A stretch of 64,000 nt of DNA from Bdellovibrionales bacterium. GTDB taxonomy: Bacteria > Bdellovibrionota > Bdellovibrionia > Bdellovibrionales > JAKFYE01. A model generated the notes under the pieces. It ran no database searches, was not told the DNA's origin, and saw nothing but the letters and a program-made list of their open reading frames with translations. Below are positions 55,428 through 63,611 of this stretch, one piece after another. How positions within the stretch are numbered: the first letter of the stretch is position 1; each line of letters starts with the position of its first letter. Location of the stretch: positions 113,478 through 177,477 of the forward strand of contig CBDBKL010000003.1 of the NCBI GenBank assembly GCA_965206675.1, in the 5' to 3' direction. Position numbers and translations under genes: made by a program.

Positions 55428-56395
55428 GAAGGATTAAAACAAAAAGAGGGGCTGTTTTAAAAACCACTCCTGTTTTTGACACCTATTGGGAATTTGCTAC
55501 AAAAAGACAAGAGATATTCATGAAGAGAGTTGCGGGAGAATGTCCACCGTGGACAAATGATCCAATAATAAAAAATTATAGATTTACTAATGTTTATAGA
55601 GCGTCAGATCGGGTTAGTCAGTACCTTATTAGAAATGTGATATATAATGGATCACAAAACTTAGAAGATATATTCTTCAGGACAATACTTTTTAAGGTGT
55701 TTAATAAAATAGAAACATGGGAAAACATAGAGAATTTCGTTGGAGAAATAACATGGAAGAACTATAATTTCAAATCTTACTGTAGAGTACTTGAGCAACA
55801 AAAGAAGGGTAAAAGCCCTATCTACTCTGGGGCCTATATTATGCCCTCTCCCGACTTTGGATTGCCAAAAAAATATAGGAATCATCTACGTCTAATAGAG
55901 TTTATGATTAAAGATTTTGCCCCAAAGAAAATATCAAAGGCGAAATCTCTTGAGGAGGTATATAAAATATTATACTCGTACCCTTCACTAGGAAGCTTCC
56001 TGGCCTTTCAATTTGCTATCGACTTAAACTATAGTGAGATTATAAACTTTTCAGAAATGGACTTTGTAGTAGCGGGGCCAGGGGCTCGAAATGGAATCCA
56101 AAAGTGCTTTTTAGATTTTGGTGGATTAACTCATGAAGAAATCATCATGGAAGTAACTGAACGCTCTACGGAGGAATTTTCAAGACTCAATTTGAAATTT
56201 AGAAATCTTTGGGGGCGTGAACTTCACCCTATTGACTGCCAGAATTTATTTTGTGAAGTTGATAAATATTCAAGGGTTGCTCATCCCGACTTTTTAGGTG
56301 AGACCGACAGAAAGAAAATTAAGCAAAAGTATAAAAAAAATCTTGGGAAAATACCTCAGTGGTATCCCCCCAAGTGGAACGTGAAAGTATTATGA
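55424..56395 (+). CDS. Alpha-glutamyl/putrescinyl-thymine pyrophosphorylase clade 1 homolog (DNA base hypermodification family)
   Basis: YW.FA..RQ, PPWTNDPI..YRFTNVYRASDRVSQYLI, FNKIETW, GAYIM, LGSFLAFQ..DLNYS, GPGA, DCQNLFCEVDKY. Confidence 0.85.
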   Translation: MRRIKTKRGAVLKTTPVFDTYWEFATKRQEIFMKRVAGECPPWTNDPIIKNYRFTNVYRASDRVSQYLIRNVIYNGSQNLEDIFFRTILFKVFNKIETWENIENFVGEITWKNYNFKSYCRVLEQQKKGKSPIYSGAYIMPSPDFGLPKKYRNHLRLIEFMIKDFAPKKISKAKSLEEVYKILYSYPSLGSFLAFQFAIDLNYSEIINFSEMDFVVAGPGARNGIQKCFLDFGGLTHEEIIMEVTERSTEEFSRLNLKFRNLWGRELHPIDCQNLFCEVDKYSRVAHPDFLGETDRKKIKQKYKKNLGKIPQWYPPKWNVKVL

Positions 56396-56411
56396 CCATG
56401 ACCTCCTCAAC

Positions 56412-56439
56412 TTGACAAAAGCCTGTCAGGTACTATCTT
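56412..56439 (+). promoter_or_regulatory. Sigma70-like promoter with overlapping palindrome upstream of the TIR cassette
   Basis: TTGACA-N16-TATCTT; TGACA-N6-TGTCA inverted repeat covers the -35 box. Confidence 0.5.
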
Positions 56440-56489
56440 TAGCTATGAAGAGAAATTGACGATGCGCCGCGCGCCAAGGGGTGCTACAA

Positions 56490-56978
56490 ATGCCTAAAAT
56501 TAAAGAAAAAAATGTATTTATCAGCCATTACAGGAAGGATGAAAAATATATCGAAAAACTAAAAAAAGACCTTGGAAAGAGAGGGGGATACAAACTTAAT
56601 AATTACTCTATCGACAGCTCGAAAGAAAATAACGCCTCTGATGAGTCTTATATTAAACAAATGCTGGGAAAGCATATGGACTCCGCTAGCGTCTTGATAT
56701 GCTTGGTTGGAGATAAAACTCATACACGCCCATATGTTGATTGGGAAATCGAACATGCTATGAGAAAAGACAAAAGAATTATTGGGGTGTATCTTCCAAG
56801 CGAAGAGAACGCCGATCTTCCTGAGAATTTAGATAAATATGCAGATGCAGTCGTCAGTTGGAAAGAAGAAAAAATTATTGCAGCGATAGGTGGAGAGAAT
56901 ATTTTTTGTAATCCAGATGGGACTCAAAGATCAAGTAACCCATCCTATGGCGATATGAAAAGAGTATCATGCCAATGA
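56490..56978 (+). CDS. TIR domain protein (ThsB/MTH538-like), TIR-1
   Basis: NVFISH, SVLICLVG..T..RPYVDWEI with catalytic Glu, IIGV. Confidence 0.88.
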   Translation: MPKIKEKNVFISHYRKDEKYIEKLKKDLGKRGGYKLNNYSIDSSKENNASDESYIKQMLGKHMDSASVLICLVGDKTHTRPYVDWEIEHAMRKDKRIIGVYLPSEENADLPENLDKYADAVVSWKEEKIIAAIGGENIFCNPDGTQRSSNPSYGDMKRVSCQ

Positions 56979-57616
56979 AGATTTTTACATATAGAGTCGC
57001 GAGAGATTTTGGCTTCGCTCCAAACCCCTTTAACGGATTTTGTACATTGGCCACCTGTAAGCCAAAGATAAGAAATAGTGCTCAAGTTGGGGATTGGGTT
57101 CTAGGGTTAGGGACAAAGTCTCTGAAATGCAGAGATTTTTTGATCTATGCCATGAGGGTAAATGAAAAAGTGAGTTTTGATGAGTATTGGAACGATGAAC
57201 GTTTTCAATGTAAAAAATCATCGCCAAATGGTAGCTTGAAAACCATGTATGGTGACAACATATATCACCACAATGGAAAAAAATGGATACAGTCAAACTC
57301 ACATCACAGTCGTAAAAATGGGAAAACGCATAGAAAGAATCTAAAAAAAGATACAGCATCTAATCATGTCCTAATCTCAGAGCAATTTTATTATATCGGG
57401 GATGCAAGGTTGGTAAAAATCTATGAAGTATCAAGGTCGTTTTATAACAAAGTAAAGGGAAGATATGTTAGGCAAAAAAATTTTGAAGATAAAGAAGCCA
57501 GTAAAATAATAGGTCAACTTAAAAATACCCTAGCGAATAAAAATATATCTAAGGGCTTCTGTGGCGACCCTGTAAACTGGACTCAGAATTGTCCTTCAAG
57601 GTATATGGGAAAATGA
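56975..57616 (+). CDS. Nucleotide modification associated domain 2 (Nmad2) protein
   Basis: YRVARDFGFAPNPFNGFCTLATCKPKIR, GDW, LIYAM.V, GDNIYH, VLIS..FYY. Confidence 0.85.
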   Translation: MKIFTYRVARDFGFAPNPFNGFCTLATCKPKIRNSAQVGDWVLGLGTKSLKCRDFLIYAMRVNEKVSFDEYWNDERFQCKKSSPNGSLKTMYGDNIYHHNGKKWIQSNSHHSRKNGKTHRKNLKKDTASNHVLISEQFYYIGDARLVKIYEVSRSFYNKVKGRYVRQKNFEDKEASKIIGQLKNTLANKNISKGFCGDPVNWTQNCPSRYMGK

Positions 57617-58731
57617 TTAACATTGAAGAATATCAAAGGCAAAGCAGAGAAACCCTTCTTCCTGACAGCACTGAATCAGACGAAAAAAAAGAAAGAGTTG
57701 TCCTTCTTGGAATCGTTGGTGAAATAGGTTCGCTCGCTGAAGTATATAAGAAGAAGCAAAGAGTTCGCCTAGGGTATTCTTCCTCAGATGATACAAAATA
57801 TAGGAGAGATGTTCAAGAGGAGCTGGGCGACCTCCTATACTATACCGTATCTCTTGCCTCACTAAAGGGGATTGACCTAAAAGACAGGGACATCTCTCGT
57901 GCTCATCAAGAACGTATTAATGATGAGCGTTTGGTTATTACCGAGCTAATAAAACTTTGTTATGAAATCTTAAGTTCTTCAACGGATAATCCTCAAACTG
58001 ACTACAGTGAACCTATAAAGAATATTTTGAAAATTATCTTTCAAGACATTGGCAGCAGTAAAGAAGATAAGGATTCTTTTTTACAAAGTAACCTCAAGAA
58101 GACAAAACTCCGCTGGGGTAACCAAAGTGTGAAAGAAATAGGAAATCATAGAGATAGGGAGTTTCCTATCCATCAGCAACTTCCAAGAAAAGCATTAATT
58201 GAATTTATAAAGGGGAAAAATGGAAAAATTATAATGCGAATGAATGGAATGAACTTGGGCGATCCAATAGACGATAACATAGAGAACAATGATTTTTACC
58301 GATTTCATGATGTGTTCCATTGGTCTTATGTTACTTTCCTAGGTTGGTCACCTGTGTTAAGAAGCCTTTTAAAATCTAAGAGAAAAGATGATCCTGTTAT
58401 AGATAGAGACCAGGATGGTGCTAGGGCTAAAATAGTGGAGGAGTGTATCTCTCTCCAAATCTTCAGCTATGCAAGAGAAAATAATTTTTTAGAAGATGTA
58501 ACGTATATAGATTACAGTATATTAAAATTCATAGAAAATCTAACACAAGACCTAGAGGTCAAGGATATTAATTATAAAATTTGGGAGGACACGATTAAAG
58601 AGGGCTATGAAATATTTCGAGAAATGAAGGCTGCATTTAACAACCTTGATTCTGCAAAAAATGAAAGCCAAAGAATTGGAGTATTACATATGGATGCTGA
58701 TGAAAGAAAAATATCATTTGAGGTAGATTAA
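57613..58731 (+). CDS. MazG-like NTP pyrophosphohydrolase with MazG C-terminal domain
   Basis: GIVGEIG..KK and EELGDLLYY; C-terminal GDPIDDN..YRFHDVFH..LGWSPV.R..KRK..DGARA..EE. Confidence 0.88.
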   Translation: MINIEEYQRQSRETLLPDSTESDEKKERVVLLGIVGEIGSLAEVYKKKQRVRLGYSSSDDTKYRRDVQEELGDLLYYTVSLASLKGIDLKDRDISRAHQERINDERLVITELIKLCYEILSSSTDNPQTDYSEPIKNILKIIFQDIGSSKEDKDSFLQSNLKKTKLRWGNQSVKEIGNHRDREFPIHQQLPRKALIEFIKGKNGKIIMRMNGMNLGDPIDDNIENNDFYRFHDVFHWSYVTFLGWSPVLRSLLKSKRKDDPVIDRDQDGARAKIVEECISLQIFSYARENNFLEDVTYIDYSILKFIENLTQDLEVKDINYKIWEDTIKEGYEIFREMKAAFNNLDSAKNESQRIGVLHMDADERKISFEVD

Positions 58732-58745
58732 GGGGGAAAGTAAAG

Positions 58746-59132
58746 ATGGATTCAGAAGAGAAAATTGTTAGACATTTGGAAATGATCCAAGCCGTAATTG
58801 ACCGTATGGCTAAAAACTCTTTTTTTATTAAGGGATGGGCTGTCACACTGGCAATGATTGGCAGTCGATTCATTGATAGAGACGATGACTATTTTTTTAT
58901 CGTATTCTTAGTTTTATTATTTTTCTGGGTTTTAGATGCGTACTACTTGAAAGAAGAAAGAGCCTTTCGTAATTTATACGAAAAAATTTGCAATCAAAAA
59001 GAAACAAATTTTTCTATGAAAAGAAGTGAGGATACATGCCATTTGAAAGCATTTATTTGCGCATGTTTTTCTAAAACAATGATCTTTTATATTTTGCCAT
59101 TAATTTTAATCTTTTATGCAATGGATATTTAA
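58746..59132 (+). CDS. Small 2-3 TM membrane protein, candidate effector
   Basis: HLEMIQAVIDRMAKNSFFIKGW, FW.LDAYYL..ER.FR.LY; hydrophobic segments. Confidence 0.78.
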   Translation: MDSEEKIVRHLEMIQAVIDRMAKNSFFIKGWAVTLAMIGSRFIDRDDDYFFIVFLVLLFFWVLDAYYLKEERAFRNLYEKICNQKETNFSMKRSEDTCHLKAFICACFSKTMIFYILPLILIFYAMDI

Positions 59133-59144
59133 TGGAGTATTCTA

Positions 59145-59600
59145 ATGACGAGAAGAGTATTTTTTAGCTTTCACTGGGACGATGTTTGGAGAGTTAATCA
59201 AGTAAGAAATAGCTGGGTTGCAGAAGGAAATTATCAGAACGCCGGTTTTATAGATGCCGCAGATATTGAAAAATTTAAAAAAGCCACAGATCGGAAAATC
59301 AAAAATTGGATTAACGAACAACTAAAAGGGACTTCTGTAACGGTTGTTTTATTAGGTTCTGAAACACTTTCAAGGCCTTTTGTCCTCTACGAGATAGAAC
59401 GAAGTGCTTTTAAAAACAACGCGATTATTTTTGTTGATATTAGCAAGGTTAAAGACCAAAATAGCCAAACAACAGAAAGGTGCCTCATTCCTCAAAAATT
59501 TAAATATATTCGACTCTATCGTTGGGATATAGATAACGGTCGTGAAAATCTTGGCCAATGGATTGAGATAGCCGCCATGGAGATGTTTAAATTTTATTGA
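59145..59600 (+). CDS. TIR domain protein (ThsB/DUF1863-like), TIR-2
   Basis: RRVFFSFH..DVWRVNQVRN, IKNWI..QLKGTSVTVVL.G.ET..RP.V.YEI..S, NLG.WIE. Confidence 0.9.
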   Translation: MTRRVFFSFHWDDVWRVNQVRNSWVAEGNYQNAGFIDAADIEKFKKATDRKIKNWINEQLKGTSVTVVLLGSETLSRPFVLYEIERSAFKNNAIIFVDISKVKDQNSQTTERCLIPQKFKYIRLYRWDIDNGRENLGQWIEIAAMEMFKFY

Positions 59601-59724
59601 CAATCTCAGGAAGCTACAGCATACTGCTTGTGTACAGCTAAAGATTCTCGAATTTTTGATCTGTAGCTAAGCAAAATCAGGTAGATGACTCATCCAAAAT
59701 TGTCTCCACCAAATTTCGTTAAAA

Positions 59725-59770
59725 TAAATCTTAAATCTTAAATCTTAAATCTTAAATCTTAAATCTTAAA
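59725..59770 (+). repeat. Heptamer tandem repeat (TAAATCT) x6.6
   Basis: Six perfect copies plus TAAA, starting 10 bp after the attR-like site. Confidence 0.95.
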
Positions 59771-59915
59771 AAAACTTAGCAAGGCTGTAGTTTCACAAGG
59801 TTTGTGATTTCAAGCTTTTATGTATGTACCGAGAGGGCCAGCCTCTTCGCTCTTTTTAATTTTTAGGAACTTAATAATAGGTTGCACACTATTAAGCAAT
59901 ATGGTACAATATTTT

Positions 59916-60272
59916 GTGGCATTATTTCAGTTGTCAGAGTGGTTAGTCATTTGGCTTTATGAAAGCACTTCGTTTGTATTTGAGTGGGACGAAGGGAATC
60001 TTGAGAAGAGTGAAAACAAACATGGAGTTAGGGCAGAGGAAGTCGAAGAGGTGTTTAATATTAAATCAATGCTGGCTCTTGGCAAACAGGTCAGACCAAA
60101 AATTGCTGAGGAGCGTTTTGGTATTATTGGTCCTACAAAAGAAGGGAGAATGCTTTGTGTGGTTTTCACAATAAGAAATAATAAGGTAAGGCCAATTAGT
60201 ACCAGAGTTGCTAATAAAAAAGAAAGGAGATTGTATGCCAAAAACATATGTAAAATCCCTAAAGGAATATGA
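59916..60272 (+). CDS. brnT: BrnT family toxin (start uncertain)
   Basis: FEWDEGNLEK..KHGV..EEVEEVF, EERF..IG, VVFTIR..VRPISTR.A..KERR.Y; TTGCAC-N17-TACAAT just upstream. Confidence 0.85.
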   Translation: MALFQLSEWLVIWLYESTSFVFEWDEGNLEKSENKHGVRAEEVEEVFNIKSMLALGKQVRPKIAEERFGIIGPTKEGRMLCVVFTIRNNKVRPISTRVANKKERRLYAKNICKIPKGI

Positions 60273-60486
60273 GGAGACTTTTGAATTTGATGAGTCTGCT
60301 TTTCTCAAAGCTATGCAAAAAGTTGGGAATCGAAAACCTACCAGCATTGCTTTAGAACCAAAAACAATAGCTTCCTTAAAAAGGGTCGCTAATAAAAAGA
60401 ATGTACCCTATCAAGTGCTAATGAGGATGATTATTGAAGAAGGTTTGAAAAGAATGGCCAAAAATCGCCATAAAAAAATGGCTTAA
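60235..60486 (+). CDS. BrnA/CopG-like antitoxin
   Basis: TSIAL...LK.VA....VPYQVLMR ribbon-helix-helix pattern; overlaps the toxin gene. Confidence 0.82.
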   Translation: MPKTYVKSLKEYEETFEFDESAFLKAMQKVGNRKPTSIALEPKTIASLKRVANKKNVPYQVLMRMIIEEGLKRMAKNRHKKMA

Positions 60487-60530
60487 AGTAATCGCTCGTC
60501 ATTTCATGTTTAGGGCAGAGACATAGCGAA

Positions 60531-61469
60531 TCATTGGGAAACACAATGAGTTCTTGTGTGGGGGATTTTAAATAAATGATCAGAGGTTGGAATCTTTTTT
60601 GTAAAATCTCTTAACTGAGGGATTTTCTTTCTTAACTGTAAGGGATACTTTTTAAAAATATTGACAACATTACTAGTGACAGAGCAAGGAACATCTTTTC
60701 TTGTTACTAATAATGCTTTTATAGAAACTGTTTTGAAGTTGCGTTCCTTAATATTAAAATAATCTTTAGTGGAAAATTTTTTAAAAAAGTAATAAGGATA
60801 TAATTCTTTAATTTTCTCATGCTCCTTCCTTTTAATGGAAAGAAAATGAAACACTCTGTTGCTAACATTTGTTTTTATAAAAACATTGTTAGGGTGACCA
60901 ATAGTTCTAATAATAGCGTCCAGTTTATGATTCATCATCATCTCAATAGCGTCATCTAAATCTTTTTCCAATACTTGGACTTGACTCCTCCATTCTTTTC
61001 CCAAAAAAGTTTTAAGGATTTCGCTTGCATTTTGATAAGATCCCGATGTTTTTGTTCCTATAACAATAGTTTTACCTTTGATATCCTTAATCTTCCTAAT
61101 CCGTGAAGTCGGAGAAATCAGAATGGAGACCGCCTCATCATATAAAACCTGAACTAATCTTAATTTATCTGTAAGAGTTTTATCTTTTTTAAACTTTCTT
61201 GAAATCATATCAGATTGCATAATTGCAAAATCAACCTTTCCGCTTGTAAGAAGCTGAAAGTTTTCCTGTGCACCCCCTGTCGGCTTTACAACTAATTGAT
61301 AATTTTTTGATTTTGATAATTGTGCAATAGCTCCTGCTAAAGGAAAGTAAATCCCATTGACTTCCCCGGATGCAATAATATAGTTTTTTGCATATAAAGA
61401 GGGAGCTATTAGCAATAAAATATAAATGGTAACCAAAAATAAAATATTACTTCTTATTTTTATTTTCAT
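60531..61469 (-). CDS. TAXI-family TRAP solute-binding protein
   Basis: Signal peptide, IASG..NGIYF, TGGAQEN, DFAIMQSD, LY.E, G..SG. Confidence 0.85.
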   Translation of the reverse strand: MKIKIRSNILFLVTIYILLLIAPSLYAKNYIIASGEVNGIYFPLAGAIAQLSKSKNYQLVVKPTGGAQENFQLLTSGKVDFAIMQSDMISRKFKKDKTLTDKLRLVQVLYDEAVSILISPTSRIRKIKDIKGKTIVIGTKTSGSYQNASEILKTFLGKEWRSQVQVLEKDLDDAIEMMMNHKLDAIIRTIGHPNNVFIKTNVSNRVFHFLSIKRKEHEKIKELYPYYFFKKFSTKDYFNIKERNFKTVSIKALLVTRKDVPCSVTSNVVNIFKKYPLQLRKKIPQLRDFTKKIPTSDHLFKIPHTRTHCVSQ

Positions 61470-63126
61470 CTGATTTTCCTCTGATATACTCAATGGATAT
61501 TCCCTTTTTTCTATTTTCTTTATCAACGACCATTTCTTTTTTCCTCTTAAGAACAAATTTATATTTTTCATCAATAAATATTTCACTCGGTAGTGTATCA
61601 TAAATAAGTGCGAGATGGTTCCAGTCAACAGTCATTTTCTGTTGCCTGTTGAGAGATTTCTCCCAATCGATTAAGCAGTATAGACAGCTATGATCAATAT
61701 AAAAAAGATTATTAATATCAATGAAGATATTTTTTTCTTGTGCAGCTTCTTTCAAATAGTGAGATAACAGTGGAAGGCGTAGGAAGGTGGCTGCTCCACT
61801 CATAGTAATTGTCATCTTTTGATCTTTGTCTTTTAAGTTATCAATTTGGAAGCTCATGCAAAATTTCCAAATGATCTTGATAAGAGGGGCAATAAGGCTA
61901 GCGAGAAAACCAAAGATGAAGCCTAGAGAAACCATAGATATGAATGTAAAGGCCCAAATGAAAATCTCACTTTTTCCATATCTAGCTATATTTTTTACTT
62001 CTGGTATATTTAAAATGGTAAACCCATAGTATAAAAATATCGAATAAATGATTGGGTTGGGAATAAACTGTAAGATATTTGGAAAAAAGATCACAATAGA
62101 ACTCATCCATATACCAACCAGAAAGACCGCCATCTTGCTTTTCATGCCAGAGCCAATCGTAACATTAGGTCCAGCTACACAGGGAGCAACTGGAAGGGCT
62201 CGAAACAAAGCCAGTACAATATTGGTAAGTCCAATGGTTTTAAATTCATGGCTTAAATCGATACTAGAACTTTTCATGACATTGACATAAGATGTAGTAT
62301 TAAAAATATAAACCAGAACAAACATAGAAGTCAGTGCTGCTATAGCAACAAGAATTGGAGCCACTGACAGTTTAGTGTAGTCGATATTACCGAATACAAG
62401 AATATTGTTACCTAAATATTCTAATAAGCCTCCATTGTTATTAAAAATTTGAGAGGATATTTCTCCATATTGATTGAGGAAGTTAACGGGGAGAGATAGA
62501 AAGTGAGCAATGAATCCTCCAACAACAATAACAATGAGTTCGGCGGGGAAGAATTTACCAATAGGTATTTTTTTAAATGTGATCAGGGTTAATAAACCAA
62601 CGACTGTCATAGTAAAGGAAGCAAAATATTTAGATTGTGTTAAAAGGCTGGGAAGTTCACTTATCATACTAAAGATAGTGCTTATATTCGCAAGCGTATT
62701 ACCTTTTGAGGGGATATCAAAAATAGCCAGCACTTCAGAGATGATGATGTTAAATCCGATGGCAGATAAAAAACCTATGGCAATGGAGGGGGAGAGTATT
62801 TTAAACCACTCAATTTTTTTGTAGTAACCTATAAGAAATTGCAAAATCGAAGCGGCAAGAAAGATGGCCCCGTAGATGACCACACCAAATTGCTCCAACA
62901 TATCATAACACAGTGTAGAAAAAGCAATTGCTGGTCCGACTGATAGGTAGGGGCATTTGGAATAAATGCAAGTAATGAACATTGCTATTATAGAGCTGAC
63001 TAGACCAAATATTGGGGAAAATCCGGATATAAGTGCTATGCCGATTACACTGGGAATAATGACTGCGCTTTGAATAAGCGATGAGCGAAAATCATTTAGA
63101 AAATCAATAGGTTTATAATTCTTCAT
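61447..63126 (-). CDS. SulP/SLC26 anion transporter with STAS-like C-terminus
   Basis: Many TM segments, SVGPA, GFLSAIG, E...IGLTN, C-terminal GAATFL..IDHS. Confidence 0.85.
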   Translation of the reverse strand: MKNYKPIDFLNDFRSSLIQSAVIIPSVIGIALISGFSPIFGLVSSIIAMFITCIYSKCPYLSVGPAIAFSTLCYDMLEQFGVVIYGAIFLAASILQFLIGYYKKIEWFKILSPSIAIGFLSAIGFNIIISEVLAIFDIPSKGNTLANISTIFSMISELPSLLTQSKYFASFTMTVVGLLTLITFKKIPIGKFFPAELIVIVVGGFIAHFLSLPVNFLNQYGEISSQIFNNNGGLLEYLGNNILVFGNIDYTKLSVAPILVAIAALTSMFVLVYIFNTTSYVNVMKSSSIDLSHEFKTIGLTNIVLALFRALPVAPCVAGPNVTIGSGMKSKMAVFLVGIWMSSIVIFFPNILQFIPNPIIYSIFLYYGFTILNIPEVKNIARYGKSEIFIWAFTFISMVSLGFIFGFLASLIAPLIKIIWKFCMSFQIDNLKDKDQKMTITMSGAATFLRLPLLSHYLKEAAQEKNIFIDINNLFYIDHSCLYCLIDWEKSLNRQQKMTVDWNHLALIYDTLPSEIFIDEKYKFVLKRKKEMVVDKENRKKGISIEYIRGKSDENKNKK

Positions 63127-63234
63127 TGTTATGAAAGTCCATAATGTCTAAGAAACTTATTATATGCATGTATTTAGAAAAAAGATAACAATAACTATTG
63201 GAATCACCGTAGGTAAAGTGAAATAGTGACAACA

Positions 63235-63468
63235 TTAATTTGAAACAAAAACCATAGCGTCATTCATGAGATCACCTGTGATTAAGATCTTTCCATTAGA
63301 ATGAACAGCTTGTACACGAGGTCCCTTATTCTCATAGGAAACAGCGACAATACTTTTTGATTTGGTTACCTTATAGGTTGCTCCAGCTATCACATCAGAT
63401 TTTTGATTTGTACAGGCACCGACCAAAAGTATAAGGATGATTGAAAAATAGGTTTTCAATAGTAACAT
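63235..63468 (-). CDS. Small hypothetical lipoprotein
   Basis: Lipobox VGAC, 77 aa. Confidence 0.6.
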   Translation of the reverse strand: MLLLKTYFSIILILLVGACTNQKSDVIAGATYKVTKSKSIVAVSYENKGPRVQAVHSNGKILITGDLMNDAMVFVSN

Positions 63469-63611
63469 AAAAGTAGGGTATCATTAAAATAGCGAATATT
63501 GTCAATTCAATCGGCTTACTTAAAAGCACTTAGTTTCTAACGTTTAAGTGTTTTCGACTTTAGTCTTAATAAGTGTATTTGTTTTGATTCTAATGAGTTA
63601 GAACGAATTTC

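Larger units (their letters stand above)
45678..59714 (+). mobile_element. ~14-kb integrative element (IME/defence island) in tRNA-Ala
   Basis: Direct repeat CTCCACCAAAT at 45678-45688 (tRNA 3' end) and 59704-59714; encodes integrase, Xis, Replic_Relax, XRE and defence cargo. Confidence 0.8.

Noticed and set aside
56490-59600. Canonical Thoeris, CBASS, Pycsar or retron call
   Set aside because: No ThsA SIR2/SLOG or Macro domain, CD-NTase, cyclase or reverse transcriptase is encoded.
59725-59770. Possible CRISPR array
   Set aside because: These are 7-bp tandem units with no spacers, and there are no cas genes in the window.
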